A stretch of 64,000 nt of DNA from Macrostomum hystrix. Taxonomy: Eukaryota > Animalia > Platyhelminthes. The DNA is taken from contig CATNEN010000039.1 in NCBI GenBank assembly GCA_950097015.1, positions 17,794,001 through 17,858,000 on the forward strand, read 5' to 3'. The notes beneath the pieces are model-generated. The model was not told the DNA's origin. It was given only the letters and a program-made list of their open reading frames with translations, and did not search any database. A program made the translations under genes and the position numbers. Below are positions 60,901 through 64,000 of this stretch, one piece after another (positions within the stretch are counted from its first letter, which is position 1; the number at the start of each line of letters is the position of its first letter).

Positions 60901-63579
60901 TCGCTGCCTGACCCTTGAGAGTTGCCACTGCATCGCCGCTAACCGTCTCGCCGATTTAATAGCTGTCTTATCCGGCCTGGAGATGCTAGTCCTGCGCGAC
61001 ATGTTCGCGCCTACGCCTAGAGCCTGCGACTATCTGGGATTGGCTGCCGGCCAGCAGTGGGCGATTCTGCCTCAGGGCGCGCCAACTCGCGACTCAATCC
61101 AGGGCTTCTTTGTGGCCAATCCGCCGGCTGGTAGATTGTTGGCCGCATTTCCGAATTTCCGGCATCGGCTATTTGGTGGACTGGAGGAACACCAGCCCGC
61201 TGCTGCTGCTGCAGCATCGGTGCCTGCTCATTCAGGCTCCCCGGATTCTTCGTCGAGTTTATCGCCGGGTCGAGCTGGTCACACCGGCTGCGGCCTGTCG
61301 AATCTCGGCGCCGACGCATCGGCTAATCAGTCGAGTGCGACCTGTTCAACCTGCTGCAACCCTCACGGCTGCGGCGGCGTGCTGTTCTATAGTAGAGGCG
61401 CCCAAACTTCGGTTCGTTTGCTTTGGATTGTTTTTTTAGTCATCGTACAGTCAATTTTAAGACCTGCGTCTTTCAGTCCAGAAATCCCCATTCTTTACAA
61501 CATTGGTCCAAAGATCCCTAATCTTTGCTTTTATTTGGATTTAAACAATTTCAATGCCTTGGTCCAAACTCCCCATTTTTGCTATCTTGATCCCATGATC
61601 CCCACCTTAATCCAAATATCCACCACGTCCATGACAATTTTTTTTCATTTCGAGATTAAAATTCTTGACTGTTTTGTTTCAGTTGCAATTTTTGCGTAAA
61701 ATTAATCCAGAATATTTAATCTTGACATCCCGTTGAAGGTTCTTCAACTAGAGTCGCCGGCATCTTCGGCTTCAACAATGACTTCAGCTTCGCCTCTTGT
61801 TGAACCAGCCGCAGTTGCGGCTGCCGCTGCTGCCGAAGTGGCCTCTCGTTATCGGCTTCGTTCGCGCGGCGGCAGCGTCGGAGGAGCGGGCGCCGGCGTC
61901 GTCAGCGAAACCAGCCTGGCCTGTCGGATCAGCGCGGACCAGCCAGAGCCTGGGATAATGATTGATCAGCGCGATCACTGGCTAGCCCGCGATGTCTGCT
62001 TAGATACGCACGATCTCAGACTATTTGAACCGCTGCCACCTTCGCCTCTGGTGCTCAGATCTTCAACGGCTTTGCACGCGGTTCATATTGAACGCTGCGG
62101 TCTTACACTGATTGACTGCAGCGAAGCTACCCGACTGCGTACGCTAACGGTCGAGTCCTGTCCGCGTCTGGCTGAGATTCGCCTACCGTCTGGATCAGCC
62201 AGGAGTCTGCGGAGATTGCGCATCGTGGGATGTCCGCGCTTCGATTATAGGCTACTGTACAGGCGCCTTGTGGATGTGATGGCCGCGAGATGCACTGAGC
62301 CACGGGAAGGTAAATGAGTTAGGAAATATATCCCAATTTTTGTTATGTGAAATCGAATCACAAACATAATTTTCATCGGCCTTCCAAATTTAAGCATCGC
62401 AAATTAATCCAATCCCAGTTCCAATGCCCAAAATCCCGATCCAAATCCCCCAAAATACAAACATCTAGCCCCTAAAATCTTAATCCCAATCCCCAGCATC
62501 CCGATTCCAATCCGCAGCATCCCGATTCCAATCCCCAGCATCCCGATTTAAATTCCCAGCATCCTAATCAAAACCCGGCCCTTAATATTCTGATCCGAAT
62601 CCAATGAATCTTGATCATTTTTTGCTTTTTAGAAACGAGCTCTTATAAAAATATTTGAACTCGTTCACCTAATCTTAAGGCTTCGGTGATGACAGTCTGG
62701 CTGTTTGTTTCCGGCCTATGGGCGCCTATCATTCGCTTGACGAGCAAATCCTGCTGAAAATGCCCGGCTCGCATCTGCTGCTGACGCACGATTTTATGGT
62801 AAGGGAAAATGTCCAGCCAATAGGAAAGGGTTTAGTCTTCAGCCAATAGGGATAGGGTTGAGTGTTCAGCCAATAGGGACAGGGTTGAGTGTTCAGCCAA
62901 TAGGGATAGGGTTAAGTGTTCAGCCAATAGGAATAGGGTTAAGTGTTCAGCCAATAGGAATAGGGTTGAGTGTACAGCCAATAGGAATAGGGTTAAGTGT
63001 TCAGCCAATAGGAATAGGGTTGAGTGTACAGCCAATAGGGATAGGGTTGAGTGTTCAGCCAATAGGAATAGGGTTGAGTGCTCAGTCAATAGGGATAGGG
63101 TTGAGTGTTCAGCCAATAGGGACAGGGTTAAGTGTCTCCATTTTTCTCCGCGGCAGGGCTCGGACGCTCGCGACATCAACCTAGACCGGCTACAGTCGCA
63201 TTTTCATCAGATATTTCGCGATATAATGCACTTCTCAGAGAATCTAATCCGACGCGACTATGTCAAAGAGTCCCGACCAGGCGATCCGATTGCACAATCT
63301 AATCGATTCAGTCGGGGCCGGATGCTGCGGTTCGAATCCGGCCGATCTAGCGACGGTCACCCGTGGGATCTGCTTACAGACATACCCTGGGTTGGCGAGT
63401 GCGGGATTAATCCCTATCCGAATTTCCCAGAGGACGCTGATCAACTCTACCAGACACTGATCGAGTCGCACTCAATGCCCTATTACAAGATGGCTAGTAG
63501 GGGCCTATCAGTTCATGTACAGTGCCGCGATATTGACAAATTCGAATTTGGCAACGCCACCGGTGTCAAACTTCTCTAA
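57958..63579 (+). CDS. FBXO38: F-box only protein 38, ~1058 aa; exons 57958-58818, 59510-60030, 60730-61411, 61739-62309, 62680-62798, 63157-63579
   Basis: F-box FDHLPPEVYCRILQYL followed by blocks matching recalled FBXO38 (LGFYPR, LQALKQC, GMFRNR, RYLYLKWVR, LQTFVMNNCVGPSN, FRPM, TDIPW). Phase-consistent GT-AG joins total 3177 nt. Confidence 0.85.
58960..59335. repeat. Degenerate ~20-bp repeat (ggtcattaccctctagctt) in FBXO38 intron 1
   Basis: Tandem degenerate copies. Confidence 0.85.
60058..60282. repeat. 21-bp minisatellite (cctgatcagattctccagcgt) next to the FBXO38 intron-2 donor
   Basis: Tandem copies. Confidence 0.93.
60325..60582 (+). mobile_element. tRNA-derived SINE, copy 2, with (TG)n tail
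   Basis: A-box-like ggcggtctagcg, B box gttcgattcc, 3' hairpin; homologous to 52115-52330. Confidence 0.8.
62812..63135. repeat. 27-bp minisatellite (ttcagccaatagggatagggttgagtg) filling FBXO38 intron 5
   Basis: Tandem copies spanning almost from donor to acceptor. Confidence 0.95.
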
Positions 63580-64000
63580 ATGCCATGCTTTGAGTTCTGA
63601 GATTTATAAGCAGATAAATGTTTTCTGTGTAAGAGTTTTCTAAATTAAATAATTAGACAGAATACCAGTTTTGTGATACCCCAGTCAACAATAGTATTCA
63701 ACTGAATGCAATAAATAATTAAAAATCGGTTATATTAATACTTTTGCCTGCGACTAATCGACAGTTCTTATTTTAGTTTTAAAAGGCACTTTTGCTGTTT
63801 ATCGCTGCTTTTTCTTAACCTCCATGAAAATATTGTTTATTAATTACATCTCGAATTCGTTTCAGGTTTTTTTCCTATCCCCAGCTGTGTATTTCGTGTT
63901 TTATTTCTCTTTCAAATATTGACAACTTATTTGGCTGCTACTTAGGCTTAGCAATTCCTCTTCAAGTCTATAAAGCTTGTTCCGGGCTTGCTTGTTGGTC

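Overview
Eukaryotic (animal) genomic DNA with spliceosomal introns. The GC-rich exons and minisatellite-filled introns resemble a free-living flatworm such as Macrostomum; that assignment is an inference. Hand-spliced genes: 3' part of a KICS2/C12orf66-like gene with two putative microexons (+), an 11-exon metabotropic glutamate receptor-like class C GPCR (+, ~1073 aa), a 3-exon GT32-type DXD glycosyltransferase (-), 4E-BP (+), a divergent SLC15/POT-like transporter (+), a 2-exon cytosolic sulfotransferase (-) and a 6-exon FBXO38 (+). The centre (26304-43817) is a nest of mobile elements: a ~6 kb LOA-like LINE carrying three later insertions (a non-autonomous hAT, an intact BEL/Pao LTR element and an Ingi/I-like LINE). 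Main observation: both LINEs begin with a predicted HDV-like self-cleaving ribozyme. In the outer LINE the predicted cleavage G is the first base after the TSD, and the ribozyme is split by the 1 kb hAT inside its J1/2 domain. In the inner LINE the core lacks its 5' P1 strand. Second theme: most introns carry their own minisatellite next to a splice site, and one array is 37 tandem copies of the real splice-acceptor junction. Gene identities come from motif recognition by eye, not database searches.
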